From Paraspadella gotoi (Eukaryota; Animalia; Chaetognatha), in assembly GCA_051294375.1 (NCBI GenBank), contig CM119268.1, positions 4,664,666 to 4,728,665 on the forward strand: 64,000 bases of DNA, written 5' to 3'. The notes beneath the pieces were generated by a model. It was not told where the DNA came from, made no database searches, and was given only the letters and a program-made list of their open reading frames with translations. Made by a program: the position numbers and the translations under genes. How positions within the stretch are numbered: the stretch's first letter is position 1; every line of letters begins with the position of its first letter. Below, piece after piece: positions 1-12,710 of this stretch.

Positions 1-3000
1 TCTCGTTATCTTTCCCGTCAACCAACCGCCCTTTCGATCGGAAGGATAACAATTATTACGTATATTATCATATATAAATTTAATCATTATTATTATTACT
101 AACCTTTAAAGGACTCCATGGCAAAACACCGATGTTTTCATTGCGACAGACTTGCACGACCTGGGAAAAGTATATGAAATTAAAAACTAGTTAATGAGGG
201 GTTTTTTCAATGACTTTTTCATTCTCCTCACTTCTTTTCATACCTCATCAAAAATAAATACAAATTTCCCGTTCTACACACAAGTGCGACAAGATCAGAA
301 CTTTTATCATTGCCTACACCAGAATAAAGCGTACAGTACAAACCAATGCAATCAAACGCATCGAAACCTTTAAGACCAGAATACAAACCAAACCGATGCA
401 AACAAATGAAATCAAAAGAGTTTTGACTTCAAACTTCGGAATACAACGTACAGACCAAACCAATACAATCAAAATCAATCAAAACCAGCATCAGAATTCC
501 CGGTAGCGTCAAAACCGAATCAATTGCAATCAAAACTTCTTTAACCTCAGTCTCGATTCCTCTCGACAACAGACTGTATTGCATCTGCGCCGTCACCACA
601 TTCTCCATCCCCATGAACTTGGCGTAGTCGCAGATCTTCTGCAACTGCCATCCAGAGACGTTGCAGACGCCAAGGTAGCGCACCTTGCCCGCGCGGACGG
701 CGTCGTTGAGGGTCCTGAGGGTTTCCTGAGAGAGAGGGGAAAAGAGAGGAAAGGAGAAGCAAAGTAAAGAAAGATGGAAAGAAAGAAAGAAATATGTAAA
801 GAGAGAAAGAAAGATGAAAAGAGAGAAAGAAAGATGAAAAGAGAGAAAGAAAGGTGGGAAAAAGAGAGAAAGAGAAAAATAAAAGAAAGAAAGAAAGAAA
901 GAGAAGAAAGAAAGAAAAAAGAAAAAGAAAAAAGACAGAAAGTTTAAGACAGAGAAAGCGAGAATATGTGTAAGAAAGATAGAAAGAAACAGAACGTGAG
1001 AAAGAGAGAAGAAAGAGAGAGAGAAAGAAAGAGAAGAAGAAAGAAAATGACAAAGAAAAAATATCGTAATTGGCGGAAGTGGAAACATGAATAAATCGAA
1101 TTCAAAATTTAAAAACGTAAGGTCCATATATTTATAAATTTCATAATATACTATTATCTAAATTTTAACTAATTCCCCCCCTCCAACCTTCAAATCCGTC
1201 CCTTCGTCCCATCCGTTATCTGATAAAGATCGATGTAGTCCGTCTTCAGTCTCTCCAAACTTTGGCTCAGACTCCAAAGGATGTACGTCTCGAGAGGCCC
1301 GTCCCGTTGGCGGCGGATCAGCTTCGGTCAAGTAGCGGACCTTTGTGGCCACGACGTAATGGTGGCGGGGCTGTAAGGCGAATGGCGGTTGGAGAGGTGG
1401 TGGGGTATTAGCAAATGTTAATGTAATGGTCGCACCGACGATATTTAATGTATTATATTGGACACGGTGAAAAGGATTACGATTCTTTTAACGTCTAAGA
1501 TCGTTAATAAATGTAAACGCAGTTATCAACTCGTTAAATAGCCGTTCGGGGTTACTTTTACTTTCGTCGACCGGGTTAGGGAGGGTTAGGGTTAAGGATA
1601 GTTTAGGGTGGTTTAGGTTAGGGGTGGTTAAGGTTAGGGTAATATTTATTTTTTAAATTATTAAATTATTTTTTAAATGGTTTTTCAAAAGCCGCCAAAA
1701 CGGCGGGCGGCGAAAGTAAAATTTAGCCAAAGTTCGAATACATGTATGTATTATTTTTGGCTAATGCTTACACACACAACGTTATGTTGTTATTTTTTCG
1801 TTTCTTAAATACCGAAAACCGACTGTCAGTTCCTATTAGTCGAATATGGCCAAATCTTATATCATCGATTCTACAGTGACCTCACCTTCGTCGACAACCA
1901 CCTTCCCACGATGCTCTCGGTGATGCCACTGTGCTGTCTCATTCCGGGTAAGTGTCCGCCGTGTCGATAAAGTTTCCGCCCAACTCGATGAACCTTTTCG
2001 ATTAAGGTAAGGGTTGGTGCGAGGCGGTTGTACGGAAATAGAAACAAGTGAAAACTTGGGTTTGGACTCGTCGTCATTTTCGAAATTTTCAGTGTGGTAG
2101 GATCGTAGTACACCTTTCTTTATATTATATGAATATACCTGACAAAAGAAACAAAAAACAAGTCTTATTACACGTAGCTGACTTTAGCTGACACTAGATT
2201 CCACAAACTTACTCGACAAAGAGAAAATCTCTGAAGCCAAATACTTCTTTTAACAAACGTAAAGATACTTAACGAAAACATATAAAACCAAAACGATCAA
2301 AACGCTAAGTTAAAAAAACATCAGAAAACTTGCGATCGGATAATAAGGAAATTAATCACAAAGCAAAATAAGCGAATACTAAGTCTCAAAACTAAATTCT
2401 ACAACAGTTTTCGTATTAAACTTTAAAATCTAAACGGACTTGTCGTCCGATTCCACCTTCATCGTTTCCAAGGTAACGGATCGCGTCTCCTTCACCGACT
2501 TGGTCTCACGAAACACGCGTTTCAACACGATCCTTCTGTTGTGAGTCTCACGTTGGTGAACCTCGAGGGCGAACATGTTGTGAGCGACGAAATCGCAGAT
2601 GGAACATTTGAATTGTTTGGTGGAAGGGTGGGGTGATGGATGAGGTGGTGGAGCTGAGCTGGCGGCGGCGGCGGAAGAGGCAGCGGCCGCAGCGGGAAAC
2701 GGTCCCTGGTCACTCTTTGGTCCAAATTTGTATCCCATTTACACTCCATAACTTTGAAGACGTGAGACTGAGAATGTCGCGCTGATTCGAGTTTATTTTT
2801 GGCGCGAAAACCGCATAGGCGACATTTGAATTTGGTGTCGAGCCGTTTGGAATCCTCAATTGGCAGATTGGCCGGATTTTTCGCGTTAGAGATTGACTGA
2901 TTGGTCGACTTTTCGAGTCGGCATTGGATCGATTGATTCGTAAGTTGTAATCGACGACATTTTCTTTTCTTATTTGGTCAACGTTTGTGATTTGTTCACT

Positions 3001-6000
3001 AATCGATGAATCGATATCGGATCCGTGAGACGGAATTTCCGAGCTTTGCTCCGCGTCGCTGTGAAACTGAGGTTTCGCGTCGTCGGAATCTTTCACCATT
3101 CCGCTTCGATTACATCGTTCACTTCGACGTCGAACCTTTCTACTTCATTCTTTTATTCATAGCCTCGATTTTGGTGATCGGCAAGTCGACTGACGCCCGT
3201 GCCGCGTCTCGCAGGAGTGGGCGTTGCGACTGTTTTTTTAAAATTGCGCTTTGAGAAGCAACGTTTAGCTTGGAGGAGTCGTGATGATTCATTCGAGTTT
3301 GTGACGATTAAGATGCAAATTTGAACTAGTGCTATAATCGCAATGGTTACATTTGATCGTTTTATTCTTTTGGTGCTGTCTCAAACGGTGCTTTAGAAGA
3401 TCTTTGGCGTTATTGGCGCGATATGAACAATATTTGCAATTAAGTGGCCTTTCTTCCTCAATATGAGGTGCATTGGATGTAATAGACAACCGCTCTGCAT
3501 TTTGTTTTTTGTTAGAGGGCGTCTGGCGTTTCGAACTACATTTGATAATTTTCGGCGGTAAGGATTTTGATTTCTCCCGGTGCTGACTCAAGTGGTGCCG
3601 ACGAAGATTTTTATCATTTGTGGTGCAATATGAACAGAATTTGCAATTGTAAGGCTTTTCTTTTACAATTTGAAGAAATCGAGTTTGTCCCTTGCCTGTC
3701 CAGAGGGCGTGTCGCGTTTCAAAATTGTGCGCGAATTGCGGTTTGAATTACATTTTATAATTTTCGGTGGTAAAGACTTTGATTTCAATTTCTTCCGGTG
3801 TTGACAATCAACGTGGCGTCGAAGATTAGCGACGGTCCGTTGCGCGATACGAACACAGTTCGCATTTGTGCGGCCTTTCATTGCAATGCTTTTTTCATGT
3901 GGTTACCGAAACGAAAGCGACATATCAACTTTCATGACAATAGCGGCATTTGTAAATTTTTTCGTTGTCCTTTTTACTTGGAGGCTTTTCAACTTGAGAT
4001 GAAGATTTTTTTTCCTCCTCGACAATTGAATCACGACTCTCGGTTTCGACCGATTGATCTGGTTCCGTTGCGGAAACCTTTGGTTTTTCTGGAATTCCGT
4101 AAAAACTTTCGCTGCTGATTGCTTTCGCTTCCATAGAATTCGCGTCGCTTGATTCACGCTCTGCTTGCTTTTGTGTTACTGCTTTATGCAAACGGTTCTG
4201 GTGGCGATTTAGACTACTTATATGATCGGTTGAAAATTTACAAGAGTGACATTTATGAAGCCTTTTTGGCAGAGAGTTCTTCTTTATAACATCTGTTGAT
4301 TTTTTTAAACAGAGTTTAATATGATTCTGAATCATCGGTATGTCTTTGCTGGTAAAATCACAACGCGTACAACTTTGCAGCTTATGATTATAAACCAATT
4401 TACACTTATGCCGATTCAGTCCACTTTTGGTCTCAAATTTTGCAGAGCAAGTATTGCATTGAAGAGATTTCATGTTTTCACTATTATCTGATAGCTGAAT
4501 GTGTTTAGTCAAGTGTTGCCTGTAAGTTTTATAATCATTGCTGGTGAAATTACATTTTTTACATTTATATAGATGTAAATCAGGATGAAACTTCCTGATG
4601 TGTTGAAGTAAATTATTCCTCATCGTAAAACCCAAAAAACAAACACCACATTCAAAGGGCTTATTTTTTGATTTAATTTGATTTGGATGGCTTTTCCTCA
4701 TATGTTCTTTGAGATCCTTTTTTTCTTTAAATTCTTTTTTACATACATTACAATTCAAAGGCTTTTCTTGAGAATGAACGGAAGATGTAGATTCGTTGCA
4801 CTTGAACGATTTTAAATCTCTTATTGTACCTTTCGCTTGGGAATATTTTGGTTCCGATGACTTGAAACCTTCGAGAGATTTGGTATTTGATTTCAGGGTT
4901 ACATTTGCACTGTGATTTTTCATATGAGCATTGAGGCACCGTTTATGTTTAGAAGCATAATCACACCGAGTACATTTAAACGGTTTTTCTTTGGAATGAA
5001 CTGCTAAATGCTGTCGCAAACCGTATACGGTCTTTAAGAATATATTACAACGATTACATTGAACTATCTTCATTTTTTGAAATTTGTGGTTTTTCGTATG
5101 ATTTATAAGATTTCTCATTTGTTTGCAGGAAAATTTGCATGACGCACAATGAAACGGATTCTGGACAGAATTTTTACCCTTTAAATTCAAACGTAGACAA
5201 CGTGTTTTCAAAACGTGTCTCTTGAGGAGTTGCGAGTTATATGTAACATAATTGCAGAACTTACACTTGTAAAGTTGGCAGTTAGAATGAAGAAGACGGT
5301 GACTATAAAGTGAATCGTGATGTATAGTTGCGAAATCACATATTTTGCATTTAAACTTTTTCTCTTGGCTTTCATCCTTGGCGTCGATCGGTTCCTTATT
5401 AAAGACTTGAAGCCTCTCCAAGGTTTCGTCAACTTCACGACCGACTTCACTACCCTTCGTTCCGACGGAAATCTTCTCGACGAGCGGTTGGAGGGGCCGA
5501 CGGCACTTGCGAGATGAGGCCGACGCCGAATGACTCTTCAGATGATTTTTGAAAGCAGCAGAGGAATCCGCGACGATTTCGCAAGTTGGGCATTTTAAAG
5601 ATTTGGTTATGTTGGCGGCGACGGCATCGGTCGTGTCTGTAGATCCATCATCTGTAGTGTCGGTGGCGCCATCATCTGTAGTATCGGCGGCGAAAGAATC
5701 TGTAGTGTCGGTGGCGCCATCATCTGCAGTATCAGCGACGGCGAAAGCGGCGTCGGCGGCGTGAAAGTCGACGAGTTTAACGCGAGGAATTTTCGACGTC
5801 ACGGTCGGCAGCCTCTCCGTTCTGTGAACTTCTCTTCCGTGATTCACCAGATTCGTCTTCGTCGTCGTGACGAAATCACAAAGTCCGCATTCGTGAACGC
5901 TTCCGTCGTGAACGAGGATGTCGTGATTCTTTTTCACGGCGCTGTCGTTGTTGTTGTTGATGATGTTTTTGTCGTCGTTATTTTTCCTATTGTTTTTGTC

Positions 6001-7368
6001 GTCGTTGTTTTTGTCGTCTTTGTTGTTGTTGTTTTTGTCGTCGTTGTTGCTGTTATTTTTGTCGTCGCTCTTATTGTTGTTTTGGAAGACGTGGATTGAA
6101 ACGTGGTTGAACAGATGAGTCTGGCTTTCGCAAATGAACTCGCATCGTCGGCATTTGTAATGAGTCACTTCTTTTTTCACAGTGAACGTTGTGAAGAGTG
6201 AGTCGTCGTCTTTGGCGGCCATGATCGAAGGTGAAGTGCTGACTGGTTTGATGAAGAGACGTTAACGAGCGTTACTCAAGTTTTAAAACATATATAATAT
6301 GTATGAACTTGAAACATAAAAATTTTGAAAAAATATATAGTTAAACGATTTCGTTAGTTTGATATATTTTGTCTTGAAATATAAGTGATAAGTTTAAAAA
6401 CAACGTTCAGATTTCGCATAACTGAAGTAAGACTCGCACGTTTGAATATGTAGATCGATAATTTATGTTACAAAATCGAGAAATAGTAAGAATTTTTCTA
6501 TTTTCAGTACAAAACTATTTTTAACTGTCGATCTGACGATTCGCGAAGAACAATAAAACTCATTTTTTCTAGACGAAGAGAGAGAAACAATGAATTCAGG
6601 CTTTTCACATCTCTCGCACTGAAATTCCGACGCAGCACAAGAGAAAATAAAAAGAACAGCTGACGTTGACCGAACTTTGACCGACGCGGATGAATGCGGA
6701 CGCTGCTGCTGCTGCTGCTTCCCTTACCGCGGCTGCCTTTTAGAGATCGATTGAGAAAAAAATGAAGATCGAATCGAAAGAAAGAAAGAAAAGGAGAAAG
6801 AGAGAATGTCAATTGTCATACGTATAATGTACGTATTTAATCGTCTCCTAATTACTCGAAAAAATTTATTAAATAGGTTAAATTAACATTATTAAATAAA
6901 TTATTGAAGGCATTATATACGTGCAATACTTTCTTTTATTAACTAATTATTAAAATATATCAATTGTTAAAGTCCAAAAACGTTTAAGGTCTCCAACCCT
7001 ATACCTCATTCTCAACCCTCCCCCCCGCCCTTTCCCACCGCAAACCCCCCCTTACACCTGTCGAGCATCTCCACGCTTCCGGCTTCGTCCAGATTGCTCG
7101 GGGGTCCGCCCGGGAATTTCCCGAACGTCATCGTCCCGAGACAAACGTTGGAGACTTTGACTCCGGACGCGCCGAGGAAGCGAAGATGCGACGTGCGGGC
7201 GCCGGGCACCGCGTCCAACGAAAACGACGGCATCGACGATGCTGTAGGTGCTCTAAATGCGGTCGGAGATTCCGCAGCAGACTTCGGCTTCGGTTCGGGC
7301 GGCGCCGATGTTGCTGGGGTTGCTGGTGTCGGCTGGGGCGTCGTAGCGTCGATTCCGCAGCAGAGGAA
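1..7368 (-). CDS. Aldo-keto reductase (AKR superfamily, aryl-alcohol-dehydrogenase/Kv-beta-like), multi-exon, 3' end beyond window start
   Basis: Exons with GT-AG boundaries: 7368(or ATG 7233)-7058, 1993-1886, 1370-1188, 725-546, 160-104, 30-1. Spliced translation gives AKR motifs LGASGVKVSNVCLGTMTFG, RFIELGGNFIDTADTY, ESIVGRWL, VVATKV, SLERLKTDYIDLYQI(H)GWD, AGKVRYLGVCNVSGWQL, QMQYSLLSRGIE, GVLPWSPLK|GGWLTGK. Single-base indels must be invoked in exons 1993-1886 and 1370-1188. The true start may lie in an unidentified upstream exon. Confidence 0.92.
1572..1640 (+). repeat. Degenerate telomere-like (TTAGGG)n tract
   Basis: gggttagggagggttagggttaagg...gttagggg, inside an AKR intron. Confidence 0.6.
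2430..6222 (-). CDS. Intronless multi-C2H2 zinc-finger protein nested in an AKR intron; frameshifted 3' third
   Basis: 765-aa ORF 3925..6222 has many CxxC-x12-HxxxH fingers and linker-like HSKEKPFKC. Further fingers continue in shifted frames: 3663-3920, 3289-3591 (CKYCSY..HRLRQH; CNHCDY..HKLE) and 2430-2738 (FKCSICDF..HQRETH), with a stop at 2430. No splice signals explain the shifts, so they are indels. Confidence 0.88.
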
Positions 7369-8408
7369 CTGATGGAGGAAAACGGGACCGAATAGTTTAA
7401 AATTAAATTACTTAAAAAATATAAATAAAAAATAAAAATGTAAATCGTTTCATTAAGGTAATAAAACTGTTTCGATTATGTTGTTCCAAACGATAATTAA
7501 ACCACTAAACATTAATATTTAATAACTTATCTTCCAAAATATATATATTTTTTCAAATATTACCTTTTTGCTCATTCCCTCTTCGCGACAACCGAAGGCT
7601 GAAGACGATAAGATAATCAAGAGTCGAAGACTTAAGGACTTTGGACTCGAAACTCTTTGCAGACGTTGGAGCCTGGTTCCGTGCTTAAGACCTGTACAGT
7701 TCTTCTATCTTGACTTGGGATTCGAAACACATTGCAGACTAAGTAGGAAGGATTGAAATTTGGGACCTGAGCGGATCTTCTATCGTTTACTTTGAAAACT
7801 CTTTGCAGAAGACCATGTAGTTTTGAACTTTGCACCTCGCCGGAACTTCTTCCTCGATCCAAGAGAGGTTTACTGATTGTGAATGTGATTGTGATTGTGA
7901 CACGAGGGCGAAACGACCCAATCTCATCGCCAAAGTTAAATGATTTGATTCAACGCATCGCGACTCTGACATTCTGAGTTTCTATGGTAACATTTCAATT
8001 TTATAATTCTGGGTTTCGATGGGAACGTTTCAATTTGATTGTTTCTTTTTTTGCCGGAAAATATTAATTAAAAGAGACTAAATCTATTTAATTGTTATCT
8101 TTTTAATTTTTCGTATTTTTTCAACCGTCTGATTGATATTTTAAAGCTGCTTAATTAATTAAAGTCAAGATTTTAGGTGACAAAGGTTCTCTTTTTTTTT
8201 TTAGGAGACCAAGGTGGCAAAGTGGTTTGCAGATTTAAAGTTCTAAACTCAGGTTCTTGGGTATTATTCGTACTCCAATACCATAGAGTGTTCCAAAATT
8301 TGTAGCAGTTATGTACGCAATATTTTCAATTGCTCTAGCAGTACAAATCGGTGATGTATCATAGGAAGAGTATCTACTTAATTACTTTTGATTATCAGTT
8401 ATGTGGTC

Positions 8409-8459
8409 ACGTGATTGAACTACTGGATGATCACTGATCATCCAGTAGTTCAATCACGT
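8409..8459. repeat. Perfect 25-bp-arm palindrome with a 1-nt loop
   Basis: acgtgattgaactactggatgatca-c-tgatcatccagtagttcaatcacgt. Confidence 0.9.
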
Positions 8460-8808
8460 CGTGAGGTGAGGGAAGGGAGACGAGACCGAAGAAAAAACTA
8501 GTTAAAGTTAAATAGTCGTCTTATACTACTTTCAATACTAAAATCAAGCGACAGAGTTATAACGATTGATTGCCCAAAAGTTTTGCCAAAAGATGTTGAT
8601 GCCCCTGGGGCGAAAAGTCGCCGTCGTAAAGTTTAAGAATTTTTGTATTTAGTCTTAGACTATTTAACTTATTTCATCCGATGAGGTCACCATTGTCTTT
8701 AATCGAAAATTAATTATTTTAAGAAAAAAATTAATGAAACGAATTAATTTGTAATAAAGGTTTGGCCAAGGCCCGTTCCCTTATATCCCTGGGGGCTAGG
8801 TGAAAAGG

Positions 8809-8908
<100 letters not shown>

Positions 8909-9784
8909 TGTAATTATTGGTCGGGTTGACAAACGCTTTAAAAACTTCAAAATCGTTAATTAAATTATTTAAAATTTTTTTTTGAAAAAAAGAAATATTC
9001 TCTTTTGAAGTTTTATTTTTAACCATCAACGAAGCTTCGCCGATGGGATTTATGTCATAGCCTATGATGATAATTAAAATTAACCCCTTTTCGACTTTGC
9101 CTAGGGCATGTGAAAATATTAATACAATTATCAAACTTTTAATAAGCTTCGCATTGATTCTACTAAAATTTGTTTATTATCTAGACATACGACAGAATGT
9201 ACGCGGCCTTTTGCTGTCTTTATCACACCCAGATGTCACACCGGAATATGATAAACGTACGCGAGAGAGTTTGAGAATTCACCCTTTCATACAAACTTGG
9301 TCGGGAGATTTTTTGTCTAGTTCCCCCTTCGGAATTTCGTCCTCAACTCGATTCTGATCCCGCGGGTCAAAGCGTCTCATCCATCTTGAATTCGGTCGTC
9401 GACAGGATTCGAAACCGTCACCTTGGCGGCGCCTGCCCGTCGTCGTTTTCCACAGGACTCCCCGATCATATTCATTTCAGATGCAACAACATTTGGATTT
9501 TTGACTGAAGGATTTTCGGGCTTGATATTATCCATTAAGGCGTAGTGAAAGTTACATACGAAAATTCTAAATGTCAATTATGAATAACATACTCTGGGAG
9601 TGAATAAACGAGACTGTAAGAGAGTCTTGATTGAAAGCTTGCAGGGACCTGCTATGTCATTATCTTGTAAGAGTGATGGAGGCCTTAAACCACCAAAGCC
9701 TGTCCAAAGTCAGGGGCAAGATAGCTTATTTATTAAATGAATGGATAATTTTTATAATGGTTGTACCAATTTCATACCATCAGT

Positions 9785-10220
9785 AAACATTATTTTAAAA
9801 AAAAAAATAATTTTATCTTCTTCAATTTTTGCAGTAAGCTATAATTTATATTTAGTACTATCTTTATAAAATCGAAAAATTTCAAAATATCCTTTTCTTA
9901 ATTTTGATTGCAGATTTGAATTCCTCGTCAAAAATTGATAAAAGAAAATATAAATCATTTTTAAAAATTCTTTCATTAAGTGGGTTAAAAATTAAAAAAA
10001 CTATAGCTTTTTCTAATTTTTGACCCACTTAATGAAGGAATTTTCAAAAAGAGTTATATTTCTTTTTATCAACTTTTTATGACGAATACAAATCTGCCAA
10101 AAAATCTTAGAAAAAACTGTTTTGAAATTCTAACATTTATTGGATTAGTACTAATATAAAAATGGCTTACTACGTAAATTATAAAATTTATTATAAATTT
10201 TTTTATTAAAAAAATGTTCA
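9785..10220. mobile_element. Decayed palindromic (foldback/MITE-like) element
   Basis: Arms mirror about ctatag at ~10001-10006: ttcattaagtgggttaaaaatta / taatttttgacccacttaatgaa; gcagatttgaattcctcgtcaaaaattgataaaagaaaatata / tatatttctttttatcaactttttatgacgaatacaaatctgc; ttagtacta on both sides. Outer boundaries approximate. Confidence 0.7.
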
Positions 10221-11484
10221 TTAGTATAATGTTGTTCGTTCCTCACTTTTAAAATTTTAATTGAAGTTAAATTTAGTAATTTTACTACGCCTTATTATCC
10301 ATATCAAATTACCCTTAATTGTGCTAAGTAGGGCGTTTTAAAGGGGGGCACCCATATGACTCTTAACCAAAATATTGATAGGCTAGGATAAACCGTTTCC
10401 GATGGCTCAATCTTTCAGAATCGTTTATGAAGAGCAGCTGTGATTCTTTTGGGTGCTGTGGCAGGTGTCGTTTTTGCAACAGTGCTTATCGAATGGCATT
10501 AATAGGTAGAACAAGGTCTGGTTAAGTATATTCAATTCAAATTTTTTATTTTAATGTACACAATACGTCATAAAACGAAAAAAAGAAGAAGTGATACGGA
10601 TTTTCTAAGTTTTGAATCCCTACCCTGTACTTTATATCAAATTGGTACGGCCAATAAAAAAAATTATTAAGCTGTCTTTCCCCTGACTTACCTAGGTTAT
10701 GGTGGGTTAAGACCAACATTAAAAGACTCTTGAAGCTTTCATTCGCCATGTATGTTAACCGCGATCGACTCACGCTCGTTTCCTTTCCCACATCCCTGAG
10801 ATTTTAAAAACTCACAATCGTCGGCGACATTTTCAGCCGATTCCCCGCATCTTCGACACAAACGACGAACGATTGATTAAGAAACCAGATTTATTTCACT
10901 TTTCTTTCTTTTTTTTTTCTTTTTCGGTGAAAAAAAAAGAGGAAGCCTGTGACGTTTTCACGTGAGAAGGTGAAACGCAGGTCGACGAGACCCCGACCCC
11001 GAAAATCGGCGTCCAGAAAATAAAATACTTTTATCATAATCGAATTATGAGTTCGATTTTTTTTTTGTTGCTTCCAATTTATACATTTTTTTCTTCTTTT
11101 TTTTTTTTTTGACGAGTGGGGGGAGTGAAAAAAAAAAATAGTGTGATTAACGAATCTAAGAAAGCGAGAAACGATGCGGTTTGAAAGGCTTAGAACAAGT
11201 TATCTGGTTACCGAGTTAGATAAATAAACTCTGGTGCGAGGGGGGGGGAGAGAAAGAAGTTAACATCACCGGGTGGTCGGAAGTTAACAACGGAGACGAA
11301 TATTTTGGGGGAATGTGAAGGAAAAATGTCGGCAGATTGTGAGGGAGGGTGAAGAAGGAAAAAAGGAGAGAAAAAAGGTAAGTTAATTGAAGAGAATTTT
11401 AGAAAAGTAAATGCATAAAATATTTTAAAAACGAATGTCAAAAGAATAGTAAAGAATCAAAACGGAGATGATGGAATTAAAACG

Positions 11485-11570
<86 letters not shown>

Positions 11571-12399
11571 GAGAGAGAGACAGAAAGACATACTGACATA
11601 CAGACAGAAAACAAACCCAAATTTATCGTATTATAAAATGGTTTCTTAGACCCAAAATGAAACGTAAGGACAATATTATTTTTATCACGAATCTACGTCG
11701 CTGTCAAGTCTAACTGCGTTAAAGTAAATCTGCGTCTGAAGAATTTCCGCGTTAATATTAATTGCGTCGGCGTTTTGTAAGTATTACGCCGGTGACGGTC
11801 AAGTTGGACGACTCAAGAAGAAAGAACGCAAAAAAAGGTTTACAAAATTACGCAGTCAGACAATCGATCTCTCGAGATTTACGCATACAATTTTATTTAG
11901 AATTCAGGCGATTTAATCACCCAGAGTCCCAGACTGACTTGTCAAAATGCACTGTGATGCTCTATGTTGTTGAAAGATTAATTGAAAGTAATTGCATTAT
12001 TGTAAGGGGCAAGATAGCTTGTTTATTGCACTAATGGATAGTTTTCATATTGGCTTTTCAAATTTCAGTCGTTAAAACTTTGCCCAAACCCTTTTATCTC
12101 AAGATTGTCTAATTTTTAATTTTGAGGCCAAGAATTGTATTAAATATGTTTAAGTCCCATTCTTAACATTCACCTACATTTTTCATTTTCTGACAGCTAC
12201 AAGCCTTCACTGTCATTGTAAACTTTGCGCTCGTCAACCATCCATCTTCTTATAACGACCGACCCAAGAAAAATGGGAGACATTCACAAAGAGTGACACA
12301 ACTTTATTCGCCGAGAGAGAATTAACCAAATTGCAAGAAGTTCACGCGAAGTGACTCAAAATCACGTGATTTTCTGCCCCCAAAATGAAAAAAAAGATA

Positions 12400-12710
12400 T
12401 CTCCTCTCTCTTTTTTTTTTACCTCTCTTTCCTCTTTTCTCTCTTTTTTTTCTCTTTTTTCTCTTCTCTTTTCTATCTTCTCTCTCTTTTTTCTTCTCTC
12501 TTTCTTCTCTTTTCTCTCTCTTTTTTCTCTTTTCTCTCTTCTCTTTTCTCTCTTCTCTCTCTTTTTTCTTCTGTCTTTCTTCTCTTTTCTCTCTTTCCTC
12601 TCTTTTCTCTGATCTCTCTTCTCTTTTTTCTCTTATCTCTTATTTTCTCTCCTCAATGTATCTTCTCCTCTCTCTTCTCTCCTATCTCCTCTTTATTCTC
12701 TATTCTCTAC
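12400..12710. repeat. Polypyrimidine (CT/CTT) low-complexity tract
   Basis: Near-pure C/T run; source of spurious F/L/S ORFs. Confidence 0.85.

Noticed and set aside
726-1127. Hydrophobic F/L/S-rich N-terminus of ORF 429..1127 suggesting a membrane-anchored AKR
   Set aside because: It is the translated polypyrimidine intron; only 725-546 is exon.
9377-9577. Possible upstream AKR exon (GC-rich, AAG|GTGAC donor at ~9421)
   Set aside because: No homology support and it sits next to repeat fragments; cannot be linked to the gene without transcripts.
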